Assembly (NCBI RefSeq): GCF_027921745.1 | Contig: NC_079238.1 | Coordinates: 4,216,001-4,280,000, forward strand | Direction: 5' to 3' | Length of the DNA: 64,000 nucleotides | Source of the DNA: Schizosaccharomyces osmophilus | Lineage: Eukaryota | In this document: positions 12,029-26,100 of the stretch, piece after piece | Position numbering within the stretch: position 1 is the stretch's first letter | Layout: each line of letters opens with the position of its first letter | The notes under the pieces: model-generated | The model's database searches: none | Seen by the model: the letters and a program-made list of their open reading frames with translations, nothing else | Told to the model about the DNA's origin: nothing | Position numbers and translations under genes: made by a program

Positions 12029-13687
12029 ATGGACATAAAAGGAATTCCTCTTACAACATTCGCGACTACGTTCGATAGTCCGAAAGAGGACCTCGATCCG
12101 TTGAGTGCTTACCCATCTTCAAACAAGAAGCTGAAAGACGAACGATTGGGCTTAAATGAGGTGCCTATTGAGGCTACTGACTCGAACATGGATGTCTCCT
12201 CAGGCGGAAACAATCCGGTGGATGAAGTTACAGCTGAAGGTTTCCATGAAGAGAAGATTAGCAGTTGGATTTGGATACTTTCAACAGTTGCTGGTATTTC
12301 GGGTATATTATTTGGATATGACACTGGTGTAATTTCAGGTGCTTTGGCAGTTATAGGTTCGGATTTGGGAAAGGAACTGAGCTCTAAACAACGAGAACTT
12401 ATTACGTCCGCAACTCCATTCGCAGCTTTGTTATCTGGCATCACATCTGGTTGGCTTGCAGATTTGTTGGGTAGAAAGCGCTTGCTTATGTATGCCGATG
12501 GTATATTTGTTTTAGGGTCTATTATAATGGCAGTATCAAAGAACATAGCTACTTTGGTAGCTGGTCGTTTTATCGTTGGATGGGGCATTGGATTGGCGTC
12601 CTTAATTGTTCCTATGTATATCACAGAATTGGCACCAGCTCACATGCGTGGACGACTTGTTATTATTTACGTTGTTTTTATCACGGGAGGGCAATTGGTC
12701 GCTTATGCGTTGAACGCTGCTTTTGAAAATGTAAATCAGGGTTGGCGTATCATGATGGGATTAGGTGCTATACCAGCTCTATGTCAACTCGTTCCACTCT
12801 TCTGGACACCAGAGTCTCCCCGGTACCTGTTAAAGCAAAATCATGTCGAAAAGGTATACAAGATTATGTCGCGAATCCATCCAGGTGCCAAGCCAGGTGA
12901 GATTGCTTACAAGGTCACTTTAATTCAGGAAGGCATGAATTTTGGTACTTTGGAAGGAAACCAATTTCAGAGATTAAAGTACTCATTTAAACGTCTTTTT
13001 TCAGTGCCTTCCAATCGACGATCATTGTTTATTGCATGTTTCCTTCAAGCCTTTCAGCAGTTTTCTGGTACAAACGCCATACAATATTTTTCGGCAATAA
13101 TTTTTAAAAGCGTCGGCTTCAAAAATTCCATCCAAATCAGTGTTGTCGTTGGTGCAACCAACTTTTTATTTACGATCCTTGCATTCATGTTAATTGATCG
13201 AATTGGTAGAAGACGGATATTATTGTGCAGTGCTACTACGATGATAATTTCTCTTTCAGTTTGTGCGATTTCATATCATTTTCTGGAGCTTAAAAAGACT
13301 GCATGGAAATACGTTATATTAGGTTCCATTATTAGCTTTTTGGCTAGTTATGCTTTTGGCATTGGTAACATACCTTGGCAGCAAGCAGAATTGTTTCCGA
13401 TGGAAGTTCGTGCTTTGGGGACTGGTTTCTCTACGGCTGTAAATTGGTCTGGAAATTTAATTGTCAGTGCAACGTTTTTGACGATGATGGAGTCTATCAC
13501 ATCAGTTGGTACTTTTGGTTTGTTTGCTGGATTTTGCTTCGCTGGTTTAGTCGTTTGTTTTTTCACATATCCGGAGTTAGCAGGTATGTCTATTGAGCAT
13601 ATTTCCATACTATTGGAGAAAGGATTCTGGAACGCCGTCAAAGAGCGAAACAGCAAAAGGAAGAGTAACATTAAAGATACTTACTAA
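12029..13687 (+). CDS. itr2: MFS sugar-porter family myo-inositol transporter
   Basis: LFGYDTGVISG, DLLGRK, PMYITELAP..RGR, PESPRYL, QQFSGTN, DRIGRR and ELFP..R motifs. Position matches recalled S. pombe order. Confidence 0.88.
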   Translation: MDIKGIPLTTFATTFDSPKEDLDPLSAYPSSNKKLKDERLGLNEVPIEATDSNMDVSSGGNNPVDEVTAEGFHEEKISSWIWILSTVAGISGILFGYDTGVISGALAVIGSDLGKELSSKQRELITSATPFAALLSGITSGWLADLLGRKRLLMYADGIFVLGSIIMAVSKNIATLVAGRFIVGWGIGLASLIVPMYITELAPAHMRGRLVIIYVVFITGGQLVAYALNAAFENVNQGWRIMMGLGAIPALCQLVPLFWTPESPRYLLKQNHVEKVYKIMSRIHPGAKPGEIAYKVTLIQEGMNFGTLEGNQFQRLKYSFKRLFSVPSNRRSLFIACFLQAFQQFSGTNAIQYFSAIIFKSVGFKNSIQISVVVGATNFLFTILAFMLIDRIGRRRILLCSATTMIISLSVCAISYHFLELKKTAWKYVILGSIISFLASYAFGIGNIPWQQAELFPMEVRALGTGFSTAVNWSGNLIVSATFLTMMESITSVGTFGLFAGFCFAGLVVCFFTYPELAGMSIEHISILLEKGFWNAVKERNSKRKSNIKDTY

Positions 13688-13878
13688 TTTTTATCATGTG
13701 TTTATATGTTGTTTTTACGTTGTCAATTGAAGTCATAAATGGTACAGATTTTATTAGTTTAAGCGTTATGGACTAATATATATGTTGTTATAGCATAATA
13801 TCTTTTTATAAAGTAATTAAACAAAGGAAAAGGCCACGTGTGATTATAATTCGTGTGTGAAAACCCTTTTAAAATTAA

Positions 13879-15833
13879 CTATGTCAGCGTTTGTTCTATA
13901 GAGGTTAGTAAAAGAGTGTATATTTTAACTTACTTGGACCATCACCGCCTTGAGGCGTTTTCCAATTGATGCCTTGAAGGGGATCTTTGATGTCGCAAGT
14001 CTAAATTTCATCGTTAGTAAAAATACAGTAGATGTAGAGACTTACTTTGCAATGAACACAGTTTTGAGAATTTATAACGAAACGCTTTCCGGTAGGAAGC
14101 GTCTCATCGTCAACGTATTCATAGACACCAGCAGGACAGAAACGATTTTCAACACCTTTGTACATTCGGTAAGCATCTTGTCGGTCATTTGGCCGAGAAT
14201 CAAACAGATGACAAGGCTGATTCTCGGCATGCATAGTACCTGAACGAGCGACAGATGTCGGAGTATCGAATGATAGGACATTGTCAGGTTTCGGATAGTT
14301 GATAGGTTTGTATGAAGAGGCACTGGCAGTGACTGCAGCATCACCCTTTTTATGGCTAAACGTCCAAGGCACTTTACCTTTAAACAAGTATGAATCTAAA
14401 GCCGAATATACCATGCCACCGTAGTTTCCTAAGAAGGGAAACGCGTGAAATGATGGTCGCATATTTCGTACGGAATACAGTTCTTTAAAGACAAAAGAAT
14501 TTTTAAGATTTTCTTCGTAAGCATCAATCGTGAGCGGTTTATTAACATCGCCGGTATTAAAAGCCTCAACGATTGCATCAGCAGCGACCATACCAGACTT
14601 CATTGCTGTGTGAGTTCCTTTAATCTTGGCAACATTAACAAATCCCGCACTGCAACCGATTAAGGCACCACCTGGAAATACTAACTTGGGAATAGATTGG
14701 TAACCTCCCTCGTTCAAGCTACGAGCGGCGTATTCCAAACATGTTCCACCTTTAAGAACTTTAGCGAAAAAGGGGTTTTGCTTCATTCTTTGAAATTCAG
14801 CAGCTGGAGACACATATGGATTGGGATAATCTAAGCCAACAACCAATCCCACAGACACGTAGTTATCTCCGAATTGGTACATGAATCCACCACCATAAGT
14901 ATCATTTCGTAACGGCCAACCAAGAGTGTGGGCAACCTCACCATTCCTAAAATTTTCGTCGGGTACACGCCATACTTCCTTTATACCTAAGCCATATGTC
15001 TGAGGCTCACTATTCTTCTGAAGATCAAAGCGTTGAATAACCGATTTGGATAAAGATCCACGGGCACCTTCAGCAAATAGGGTAATGGGGGCATGAAAGG
15101 CCATTCCTCTCTCAAAATTATCCTTTTGTAATCCCTTGCTGTCGACACCGAAATCGTTTGTAGCTACACCGCGCACAGATCCATCTTCATTATATAAAAC
15201 CTCTGAAGCAGCGAAGGAAGGATACAATTCAACATCTAATTCTTCAGCTTTGGTAGCTAGCCATTTGGTTAATTCCGCTAGGCTCATAATGTAATTTCCT
15301 TTGTTACTTATAACCGGAGGAACAGGTATAGGGAATTGCATACCAGGAATTAGAAACTTCATGGTATCTGATGAAACAGGCGTACAATGGCGGGGAGGTT
15401 CATTCTTCCAGTCCGGAATGAGCTCATCAAGGGCAGTTGGCTGAATAACCGCGCCTGAAACGCTGTGATTACCAGGCTCGGCGGCTTTTTCCAGTACAAT
15501 AACCCGAATTTCTTTACCGGCTTTGGCGGCTTCTTGCTTAATACGAATTGCTGCACCTAAACCGGCTGGTCCAGCACCGACGATACAAACATCCACGTCC
15601 TCAGCCTCTCTTTCGAGAGACTGAATTTTCTTCAAGTTATCCATTAGTTCATTGCTTTGAACAAATCGGCTATGAGAAAAGCGCCGAACTTGAATCCGTT
15701 TCATAGGTGTAAAACATTGCGCTTTTATTTTAGGAAGAGCAAACAGAAGCGAAGATCTCTTCAGACTTAGTTTACAGAAAGCATACCTTGGAGTTTTTAG
15801 TGGCCCACCCAATGTTCTAACCACGTTGCTCAT
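13879..15833 (-). CDS. cir2: Electron-transfer flavoprotein:ubiquinone oxidoreductase, 3 exons (15833-14046, 14000-13934, 13895-13879)
   Basis: VGAGPAG FAD motif, [12 protein letters not shown] and FCPAGVYE. The 4Fe-4S motif NCVHCK/TCDIKDP is rejoined across a GTAAGT intron. Confidence 0.93.
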
Positions 15834-16785
15834 GCTGTACTAAATCCTTTTCCGAGATCAAGAATTTCAAGAAAAAAATCACCAATGTTATAAAAAATGG
15901 AGCAATAAATGTTTTTAGAGTATCGAGGCTTTTTAATCCAAAATATAAATATATTTTAAACCAACCAGAATAAATTAAGAGTTACCGAGATGATAATACA
16001 ATCAAACCTGTCAGTTAACCAGGTTTATAGGGGAAACTGATCAAATTTTCTTCCTTGTAGTTCTTTCGTTTGAACACTCAATAATTAGGCAGAAGTGAAG
16101 TTCAAGCTAAGTTAATTCATTGTAAATAAACTTACAACGAATACTTATACAGATGTCGCATCTATATAACCTAATCCAATAGCAGTGAGTACAATTTCCT
16201 TACATTACATTGACGCGAGATTATACTATATATTCATATCGTATAAAAGCAATTATAAAGTTCATTAATACAATATCATATTAAGTTTAAGAACCACGGA
16301 GTATATACAAGTTTTTCTTAATGAACAGGTACTATAGTCTCAAAGGTGAAAGTATAAACACCCGCTTTCTCTCATTATAATTTCCGTTTATAATGTTCAA
16401 GTTGAATGCGCATTCTTTCTCATACATAGGCAAAATGCATTTCTATTTAGTTACTCCAAGTATACTCTTCAATGTGATGCTTTATTTTATTTCCTTCTTT
16501 TCTTGTAACTAGCATACATTACCTTAAACATAATATGTTCAACGTTTTACATCTAAAAAAGTTAGTATTCTTCTAAATGGCCGATTATATCTCTTCAAAT
16601 GATGGTCCATAATGATAATCGCCAGTATGATCCAATTTAAAAAATCGTTATAAAAGAGAATGAATGAAAGACAAAATTACGATCATAGATTAAATGCTTC
16701 ATAACAACATCACCTCCTATCTTGAGATGATACCAAACAGCACAACATAAATATACAAAGATGTAGCCACCCTACATCTTTCTTT

Positions 16786-19732
16786 TTAAACAGTCTGCAC
16801 AAAATTAGATGGGAATAATCCTCTCTTGGGATTCATGATATTGATAACCTCACCATCCCACCATCCATCTTCCTGTGTGCGGAGTACCATCAAGGTGTCT
16901 CCTTTTTGGAAACTTATTTCTTCGGGTATTTGAGCTTTATAATCATAAAGAGCTATAACGTAACCTAGAATAGATTCTCCTTCGGCTGTAAATGAAGCTC
17001 TAGGTTCAGCTTTAGAATAACCGCTTCTTATTGATGAAGCGGGAGATCGTGAGCGAGCTGTAGGGGTACGATCCAAGGTTTGCCTTGATGTTCTTCCTCC
17101 TAAAGAATTATATCTCATGTCCATTCCCGAGGAAGGCCTTGAGTGCGAAATGTTCGCACTCGACCTATTTAGAGGATTCGGAGAAGTAGAGCGCTGCATA
17201 TTCATAATTGAAGAAGATCTTCGATTATGTCCTAATGGATTCGGGGAAACGGATCGCTGTAAAGAAAGCTGAGATGGTGGACGATTAGAAAGCGAAGAAG
17301 TAGGTCGGGAACCTTGTCCGGATAATGAGTGTCCACGGCTTCTACTTACAGGATTTGCTTCCTGTTGCCTCATACTTAAAGATGAAGGAGAGCGTTCTGG
17401 CACGCCGTTTCTCACAGCAGAGCTTCTTCTCGATAGCATGGGCGATGGTGATCTATTCAAATTGCTTCTGTTATGACGAAGTGAATCTTTCAGGGGAACA
17501 TCACCTCGCTTTTCACCAAAAACGCGCTTAGTTTGATTTGCAAAAGTGTTGCTCATGCGTTGCATCTGGGCAGAAGTATGAGCAGCTGGAGGGGCTCCTA
17601 ACGAGCTTCTTTTAGCCAAGCCATCCATATCAGTAGAAGATTGATTACGCGAACCAGAACCAAGCATGCTTACTCGATTATTAGATGAAACAGGTTTAGG
17701 CGCTGCATTGTTATCACTTGCGGTGGAAGTAGACTGACGTCTCTTTACTGACATGCTCAAATGAGCCATTGCATCAGCAATGGGATCGCTACTTTTGTCC
17801 TCAGTACCCTTTGGTTGTTCAGGAACATCACCGACCTTCAACATATTTGGTCCCACATTCAATACCACATTTGCCCTGGGGTCTATCTCATCCATCTCAT
17901 CTGAATGACTCGAGCCAACTGCTGGGGATGCTGGCTCCTTCAAAAATTCTTTGGTTGGAGAATTACTACGGCTTCGCATACTAGAGAATGTAGACCCAAC
18001 AAATGGAGAAGTGGGGCGACCCATACGTTCCATAATTGACTTCCGTTTGATGGATCCCATACTACTTTGAGAACCTTGTCCATGACGAGAAAATGATAGT
18101 CTTGATGCTCTGTTATTTAGAGAAGGAGGCGGGAAGTCTTGTCCGAGGATGGCTTCATCTAGGTCATTTTTTGAATGTCTATCTTCACCGGTTGGTTCAC
18201 TTTGCTTAGTAGGAACAATTAAGGGCGAAGATGGTTCACCAAGTTCAAACTTGTTTGTTTCCACTTCAGTGGTTTGTTTGGGAATAGTACTAAAAGAAGA
18301 TATCGAAGGAGATTCTCTAAACTCGGCGCCTCTTTGATAATCATTCTTTATTTCAGGAACGTTGAATGAAATATCAGGCGATAAAGAACTTTCAAAATTC
18401 ATAGGCTGCATTTGACCAGCATAAGGAGAAGTAGGAGGTGAAGGAATCTCAGATGAGAATGAGTCAGTTTTCTTGATCCTAGGAGACGAAACAGGTTGAG
18501 AAGCAGATAACGAAGCAGAAGAAGCAGCCCTTGAAGTACTATGGTAAATGCTAGGAGCTTTAGAAGCAATCTGATTAAGGTCGACCTGTATTCCGTGCTC
18601 CTTAAAGTAGTTGTGTTCTTCTGGAAAAGATGGTGTCTTTGTACCGGTTGCTTCCTTTTGAATGAGTAAAGTAATATCATCAGCCACATTTGTTTTTTCC
18701 AAAGTAAGTCGAATTCTTTCACAGGCTTCATCATCTTTGACGCAGGCAGTCGAAATAACGTTAGCGTATGACCACATATTTGTTTTCAGAAACTCAAGCC
18801 GATACTCTTCAATGTGCTGAAAAGCATCGCAAATTTCAGTCCATCTATCAACCCACTCTTGAGTAACTGTTCGTAGGAGATTGTTTGTTTCACGATATTC
18901 TTTTTCAGTCCTCTGAACAGTCAATGCGGCTTGACGCACTTTAAGATTATGCTTGTCCAATTCTCTGCCAGTGAACTTCGAAGTTAATTTTAAGTATGAA
19001 TTCAGTTTGTTAGCACTGTACTCATACGCGTCATACTTTTCGGAAAGGTCAATTTCCAAAGCAGTCTTTTGTTGATATAGTTCTTCAATGGCATCTGTAG
19101 CTAGTGATTTCTGTTGTTGGGTTTGAGAAATATATGCATTTACTTTTTCAAGTAGCTCTTTTTCAATTTGATTAGAGACATCATTATGAGCTTGGGACAT
19201 GCTACTAGTCTCCGTTTTCAAGGATTCCATATTGTGATAGGTAGTCCCATATTCTGCAAGCCTTGGGGTTTCCGAGACTAGTTCCTTTAATTTTGAAGCA
19301 TATTCTCTTTCGATAGCAGCTCTGCATATGTTAATAACCTTTATCTACACTTTCAATTTTTAGAAATCCTTGAAGATATCTACACCGAAGAAACCAATGT
19401 GAAATTATAAGTAAGTGCTTCAAATCCCAAGCAACCCAATCTTGTTCACAGTATTGCGTTTTGTATGCCAACAGGAATAGATCGACAATGACTTGTTACC
19501 GTACCTTCTGGAATAGAATCTGCTAAACACATCCAACGTTGAAAGTGAACTTTTCGTTCGAGACATGAGGGCATCCATGCCCGCATCTTCAGATCCCTAA
19601 TCACAAAGGTTATTAGAGTTGCATTTCTAGAGGATAATATACACAACATACCCAAAAGTTTTCACGAAACTTCGTTGGTGATTTCGTTATGTAAGGAGCG
19701 CTTTCACTCCCATTTGCAGCAATATCTGCCAT
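16786..19732 (-). CDS. cdc15: F-BAR/SH3 cytokinesis protein Cdc15, 3 exons (19732-19652, 19596-19505, 19321-16786)
   Basis: Spliced N-terminus ...KFRENFW/GSEDAGMDALMSRTKSS.../AAIERE (FCH), Ser-rich middle region, C-terminal SH3 (ALYDY...DGWW...GLFPSNFV). Confidence 0.94.
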
Positions 19733-19811
19733 TCTCTTCAACAAAATGGCCCAATGTAGAGTTTCGTGTAGTTGGAAAGTTTCGAAGGAGGAAGCAGGGA
19801 ATAAACAAATT

Positions 19812-19879
19812 TGTTTACGCTACCTGCGCGTAGCAACCATATATAGCAACCGTTACTCTACTTATATTAGGAGTAAACA
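19812..19879. promoter_or_regulatory. Forkhead sites and PCB-like elements upstream of cdc15
   Basis: TGTTTAC at 19812-19818, GTAAACA at 19873-19879, and TAGCAACC twice (19831, 19844), all 80-150 bp upstream of the ATG. S. pombe cdc15 is a known forkhead/PCB-regulated M-G1 gene. Confidence 0.55.
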
Positions 19880-20182
19880 AAGAAATCCTCATAGGAACGT
19901 TAGACCACGTTAAACATTTTACGAAGCACACAGTATTTTAACACATCCAGGTCTCCTCGTTAACCAACAGCTTTCCAACTCGCGGACCCGCTTCGTAGTC
20001 TGCATCCTTCTTCAAAACACCACTATACTTACTCGTCGAAAATTTTAAGATATTTTGCCTTGGTTTTGATATTGTATATATTCAGAGGCTTACTTGTTGA
20101 AACAAGAGTGTATAGAGTTTAGTAGCCTTTGGAAGGGCATGAAAGATTATTATCGAAGAACCTTTATACAATAAAAGCAGAA

Positions 20183-23100
20183 ATGTCGGATATGAGAGAT
20201 AAATCAAGTTCAATGTCGGATTCAAATCATTCATTACCATTAGAAAACAAGACTACTGCTCCTAACGACTCTAAAATCGAGAGTATTGTGAAAGCTCAAA
20301 TCCTCTTCTTGCTATCCACTTTACGGGAAGACCAGTATGATACAAAACTTGAGCAAATCAGGCAGCTTATCAATAAGAACGCGCCAGGTGTATATCATCA
20401 TTTCCTTCGTCGTTTAGTGCAAGGTAATTCCTATCGTATCTTTGGTACTGGGAAGTCATCTGACGGTCTAGCGACATACAAGTTGTTGCTAGATGAGCTT
20501 AAGTCATTAACAAAATCTTGGGCTTTAGCAAGGCGGTTCAGCGATGCTATTTCGGGGTCTGATTCAGAAGTTTTTGAAGACTTCGATATTGAGACGTTTT
20601 TAAACCACTTTCAGTTTTCCCCTTTAGAACGCACAAATATATTAATTGGTTTGACTACCTCCATAAAACCGTCTCTTTCCAAGAAGGCCTCGGCTTTGTT
20701 AAAGGAAGATTTCCAGCCTTTATTGAATCAGCTCTCTAATCCTAATCTTCAACCGTACATGGAAAAGGTTGATTTAGACATGTTGAGGGAAGGTCTGTTT
20801 ACTTCAGATTATGACCGTGTACCGCTGATTCAAGTTCCTAAATTTGATTTAGTGGTTGAAAAGCGTCTAGCTAATTGCCGCCCTCTTGCTGCCCTGTTTG
20901 GTAATTTAAAGAATTCGAAAGCTACCTTAAAAACCATGAAAGAAGCCATAACCAAGAAATATCCTCCCGAATCCGTTACCGAATCAGATGTCGCTTTTCT
21001 CATAAATTCTCTAGTTGCGATTCATGACTATGGTTCATGGGACACAGTCTTGATGGGAAAGGCAATTGTATCAGCCTTTGAGCATTTAGATTGGGAATCG
21101 ATGCTTCCCATGTTCGATAATCCTAAATTTATGGTTACTGGAAGCCCTAGTCTCATCCTATTCATGACTATTTTCACTAATGCTTTCAAACTCAAGCAAC
21201 GAATTTTCACATTGGATTTTCTTTGGAATCTTTGGAAGAACCCCTTATCCCAGCTATCTATTATTTCGCATATTATTTTGACACCTATTTCTTTATTTGA
21301 CATCAAAGGGTATAATATAACCCCTATCGTTTCTGCTGAAGATTTGGATGGTTACAGTGAAGAACTTGTTAATTATGCTAAGGGTTACGAACAGAGTAAC
21401 CTTAATTGTTTAGAACTTGTTCGTGTGCTTCTTCGATTATTAACTGAAGTCGTTACTTACGAAACTTCCTTATTTCTGAATTTTCTGGATGAAAAAATTT
21501 CCGCTGAACTTTTACTTTTGGGAACTCTTCAGTTATCTATGCCATGGAATCAAGTTCAAGAGTCACTAGCCTTCCAATGGTGTTCGGATTTTTTCAGTAA
21601 CTTTCCCCAACACAAGTTTGTTTTTCATAGGATTGAGCATACGAATCCCCAATTTCTCTTTGCATTTTTGCGAAGCTTATGGCTTAAAGACAGCCTGTCG
21701 ATTGGCCAAATTGTCAGTTTTATTGTTGAAAATAATTTTGTCGAGCATGTCAATAGTATTCAGCCTAATCGTTTTGCTTTAGAGATTGCAGCTCTTGCTT
21801 GTGCTCGTAAGGCAATTAATTTTCAAGCATGGCTCGATGGAAGGTTATCCGAATTTGAAGATGCTGAAAGCCTCAATATTTTTCTGGTTGAAGTCTTAGA
21901 CTTTTTAATGGTCCATGCTGCTTTGCAAAAATCACCAACCGAGAATAAGGAACAAGTCATACCGTTATCTATTGATGTCGTTAATATTCTTTTAACTACG
22001 CTAATGGATAATGTTAGCATTTCAGAGGAAGTTAGCGAGCACATAAAGGATGTACAGATTCTTTGCCTTCAGGTTTACCCCCGTCTTTTCGCCCTTGGGC
22101 ATGATCGTGACGATCTTATAATAAATGTTAATGGTACGAATTCCTTCTCTCCCGATGTGGAAGCTGAAGTAGAATCGTTTTTCCAAGCATTATACGAGCG
22201 CAAGTTATCCATTGGTAAAATTGTGCTCACTCTGCAAACTTTTAAGAAATCCGAGGATCCTCGTGATTTGGATTTATTCGCTTGTCTGCAACACAGTCTT
22301 TTTGATGAGTATAGGTTCTTCCCTGATTATCCTCTGGAAGCTTTGGCACTAACTGCGGTTTTATTTGGCAGTTTAATTCAATTCGATCTCCTTTCTTTTG
22401 TACCACTGGGTGTTGCTTTGCGTTATGTGTATCAAGCTCTTTTAATGCCTACAGATACCAAGATGTTCAGATTTGGTATGCAAGCCTTAGTGCAATTTCA
22501 GGACAAGCTTCCAAAGTATATAAATTATTGTAATCTGATTCTCGGAATCCCTTCTTTACAACTAACTCGACCTGACATTTATAACTCTATTAAAGAGATG
22601 ATTGCTTCCGCAGAAACTTCAACCTTGGAAGCTGAAAAGGAGGTTGTGATACCGGAAACTTCTGCTCTTCCGAGTCCCAAATTGCCTTCTTATTCATTTG
22701 TTTCCATTAGGGTACCAGCATTATCTTTTCCCAGTGTTAGCGGGGAAATTCAGGAGTCAGTTTGCGACAACATTCTTTTCGCTTTGAATAATCTATCGCA
22801 ACTTAATTTTAATGAGAAATTACAGACTGTCAAAGAAAGTTTAAAACCTCCTTATTTAGCATGGTTTTCTCACTATATAGTTACGCAACGTGTTAGTCGG
22901 GAAGCCAATTTTCTTACTTTATATAGTAAGTTTTTGGAAGAATTAAAAAGTAACGACTTATATAAAATCGTTTTCCGAGATACTTTGCAAGCGGCGTTGG
23001 ACATCTTAGATTTGGACAGTGAGACATTGTCTTCCATCGAGAAGTCTAGTTTGAAAAACCTGGGATCATGGTTGGGAAGTATAACTTTGGCTAGGAACAA

Positions 23101-26100
23101 ATCTATCACTACGATGAATGTCTCATTCAAGGATCTATTACTCGAGGGTGTCGACAGTGAGAGAATTGACCGGGTACTTCCTTTTGTATGCAAAGTACTG
23201 GAGAAGGTTACATCGTCAGATGTGTTCAAACCACCGAATCCTTGGTTGATGGGAATTCTGAGGTTACTGGTTGAATTATATCAATTTGCTGACTTCCGTT
23301 TGAACATGAAGTTTGAAATAGAGTTATTATTGCAAAATATTAACGTGAAAATTGAAGAAATTGAGCCTTCGGAATTGTACAGGAATCATTTGATCCGTAA
23401 AGCCGATTTAGAGAGGGATCTTCCAGAAGATGTTGGAAGCCAAGACTTGCGGAGCGATGCAAATATCATAATGCAATATATCGCAGCAGCTTCACCTCAA
23501 ATAATCGTTTCTGATGCTGTTACTCAGATATTTGGAAAATCTAAAGCCGCAATAAAAAACAGTATGCACCTAATCATACAGCAATCAGTCTTGGAGATTA
23601 TATCTGCTGTTGTTAGGCGGTCTGTGGGTATATCAGCCATAACCACTGAGAGCTTAATACAAAAAGACTTTGCAGCTGAATCGAATCCTTCAAGTTTATT
23701 GTTGGCTGCTAGGCAAATGGCTAAAACACTAGCCGGAAATTTGGCCATGGTTACATGTCGGGAGCCCTTACAAATGCTGATGATTAACAATTTGCGCACA
23801 ATGATTTTACAGGATGTAGAAAACGTACATGCGGCCGTTGCTCAAGCCATAGATGAGCTTGTGCTTCAAAATCTGTTCATTGCCAGCTCTATTGTTGAGA
23901 CTGTGGCATCCGAAACTGCCATTGCTGAGATTGATGCAGAAATTGAACCTATGATTGTTGAACGTGTTCATCATAGAAAAACCAACCCAAATGTTCCTTT
24001 TGTTGATCCTGCTGGTGCAGCAAATTTACATCTTAATTTGCCTGGAATATTGAAGCTTTCTTCTGATTTAGCTCCCCAGCAATTTCAACTATACGAAAAT
24101 TTTGATCGCCTAAGCCTGTTTACCATTATGAGTAACTCTGGATACGGCAATGTGAGCGAGGCTCGATCAGAAGTTGCTGAGGGTTCAGAAACACCAAATG
24201 AAAGCGTGAATGTTCCTATGGAAGATGAAGTAAATCAGGCTGCATTAAATTACGCCCGAAATCTTTTGATGGTAATAGCACAGATTTTACAACTGTCCAG
24301 TCAAGTACCGTTTACTAGTATGCAAGAGGTACCTGCTGAGCATGAGTTCCACGATTTGGTCAATCAATTCCTGACGGGTGTTGCTGCAATCAACCATCCT
24401 ATTGCTGATCATGTCTTTCTTTTGTGTGCACAGGAATGTTGTCGAATTCTTTTAACCGAAAGTGCTTCTCCCTTTATTCTAGAAGTGTTCTGCGCAATTT
24501 TAGAATACATATGTCAAGCTTCTAAAAAGACCGCTATAAGTGTTTCGTTGTATTGGAACTTTTCTAGTGATATTGAGAAGCTGAATCTTCCTGTCATCCT
24601 TAGTCTAATTCGTTTTGGTATCTTGACAACTGCCGAGGTAGACTACCATGTTGCTCGGGGTATTGACGGTGAACAAGGTAAAGGTCCCGTTACTACATTC
24701 GCTATAGGATTACTGAACACTGCTGTTAGCGGAGAAAATCCTATGGCATTGCCGGGTAATTTTGTGAACTCTATCAGTAGTCTTTATAAACACAGCCCTA
24801 TATTTGCTGGCGAGGTGAAGGAAGCTTACGACCAGTTGTTTGAGTCCATGGGTAAAATTGCCTCTCCAGCACAGGATATTTTGGCAGTGCTTGATAATAA
24901 GGAGCAACTGAATGATCAAATGATAATTATATTCGTTTCTTGGGTTCATCTGTTACGCAACTCTGCAACTGATGATGCTCTTAAGGCTGCTTTTGTTTAT
25001 CAACTTCATAAACAGGGAATTCTAGGTGATTTGGAATTGGCAATACAGTTCTTCCGCTGCAATTTGGAAGCTGTTCTAGTTGCTTTCCTGGAAGCTGCAT
25101 CAGCGAATGCACCAGATTACTGTAATGTAGATGCTTTTGCATCTCTAATAGTAAATGTTGTGAAATACTCCGAAGCTAAAAGTGAAGAGAGTACGAGCTT
25201 GACCAAGAGTGTCTTTTTCCGAAAGATTATGGCTCTTATTACAGGGATTTTTGCCGAATTGCATAATGCAATGGATGAATTTGTTCATCAAAAGACGTTC
25301 TTTAGATTATTTTCGAGTATTCTATCCGAACTTGATGAAAGCAACGATGCGTTTGAATCAAATTTTTCGGATATATTCATCATAATTCTTCGCAGTCTTC
25401 TTGCTGTCCAACCCAATTACTTCCCTGCCTTTACATTTGCATGGTTAAGTTTGATTTCACATGCTTATCTTTTGCCCAAGATTCTAATGGCTAATAATGA
25501 AGAGATCAATAGTCTGTATAGTGAAATTTTAGCCGCATTTTTGAAATTTTTAAGCTTAAAGGATGGATATGACAAGGCACAGTTTAAGTTGTTATATAAT
25601 GGATTTTTACGTATCGTTCTTGTCTTGCTGCACGATTTCCCTGGCTTTTTGGCAACTCATTGCTATCATTTGATTCCTCATATTCCTTTGGAATGCGTAC
25701 AACTGCGGAATATGATTTTGAGTGCTTTCCCTAACGATATGCATTTACCCGATCCTTTTGCACAAGGCTTAAAAGTAGGAAGATTGCCGGAGGTGGCTTG
25801 TGCTCCTTTGATTTCTGATAATATCCTGTCTTCTTTGGATGATTTTGGATCTCAATTAAGCCTAGATACTTGTTTGATTTCTAATAAACCAGCTGACGTC
25901 GGCAAGTTATACCTTGAAGCTTTTTCAAGTCTTGAGTCTTCTGAAGAACTGAATGAATGGGCTAATTTATTTATTTTGTGGCTTATTCGATTCGCTACAA
26001 AGGATTTACAGTTGAAGCAGGCACCTCAGTTCCAACCGAAATCTCCCGAGTGCGTGATTATTAGTACACTTAATAAGCATTGCAACTCTAGATGCCGTTA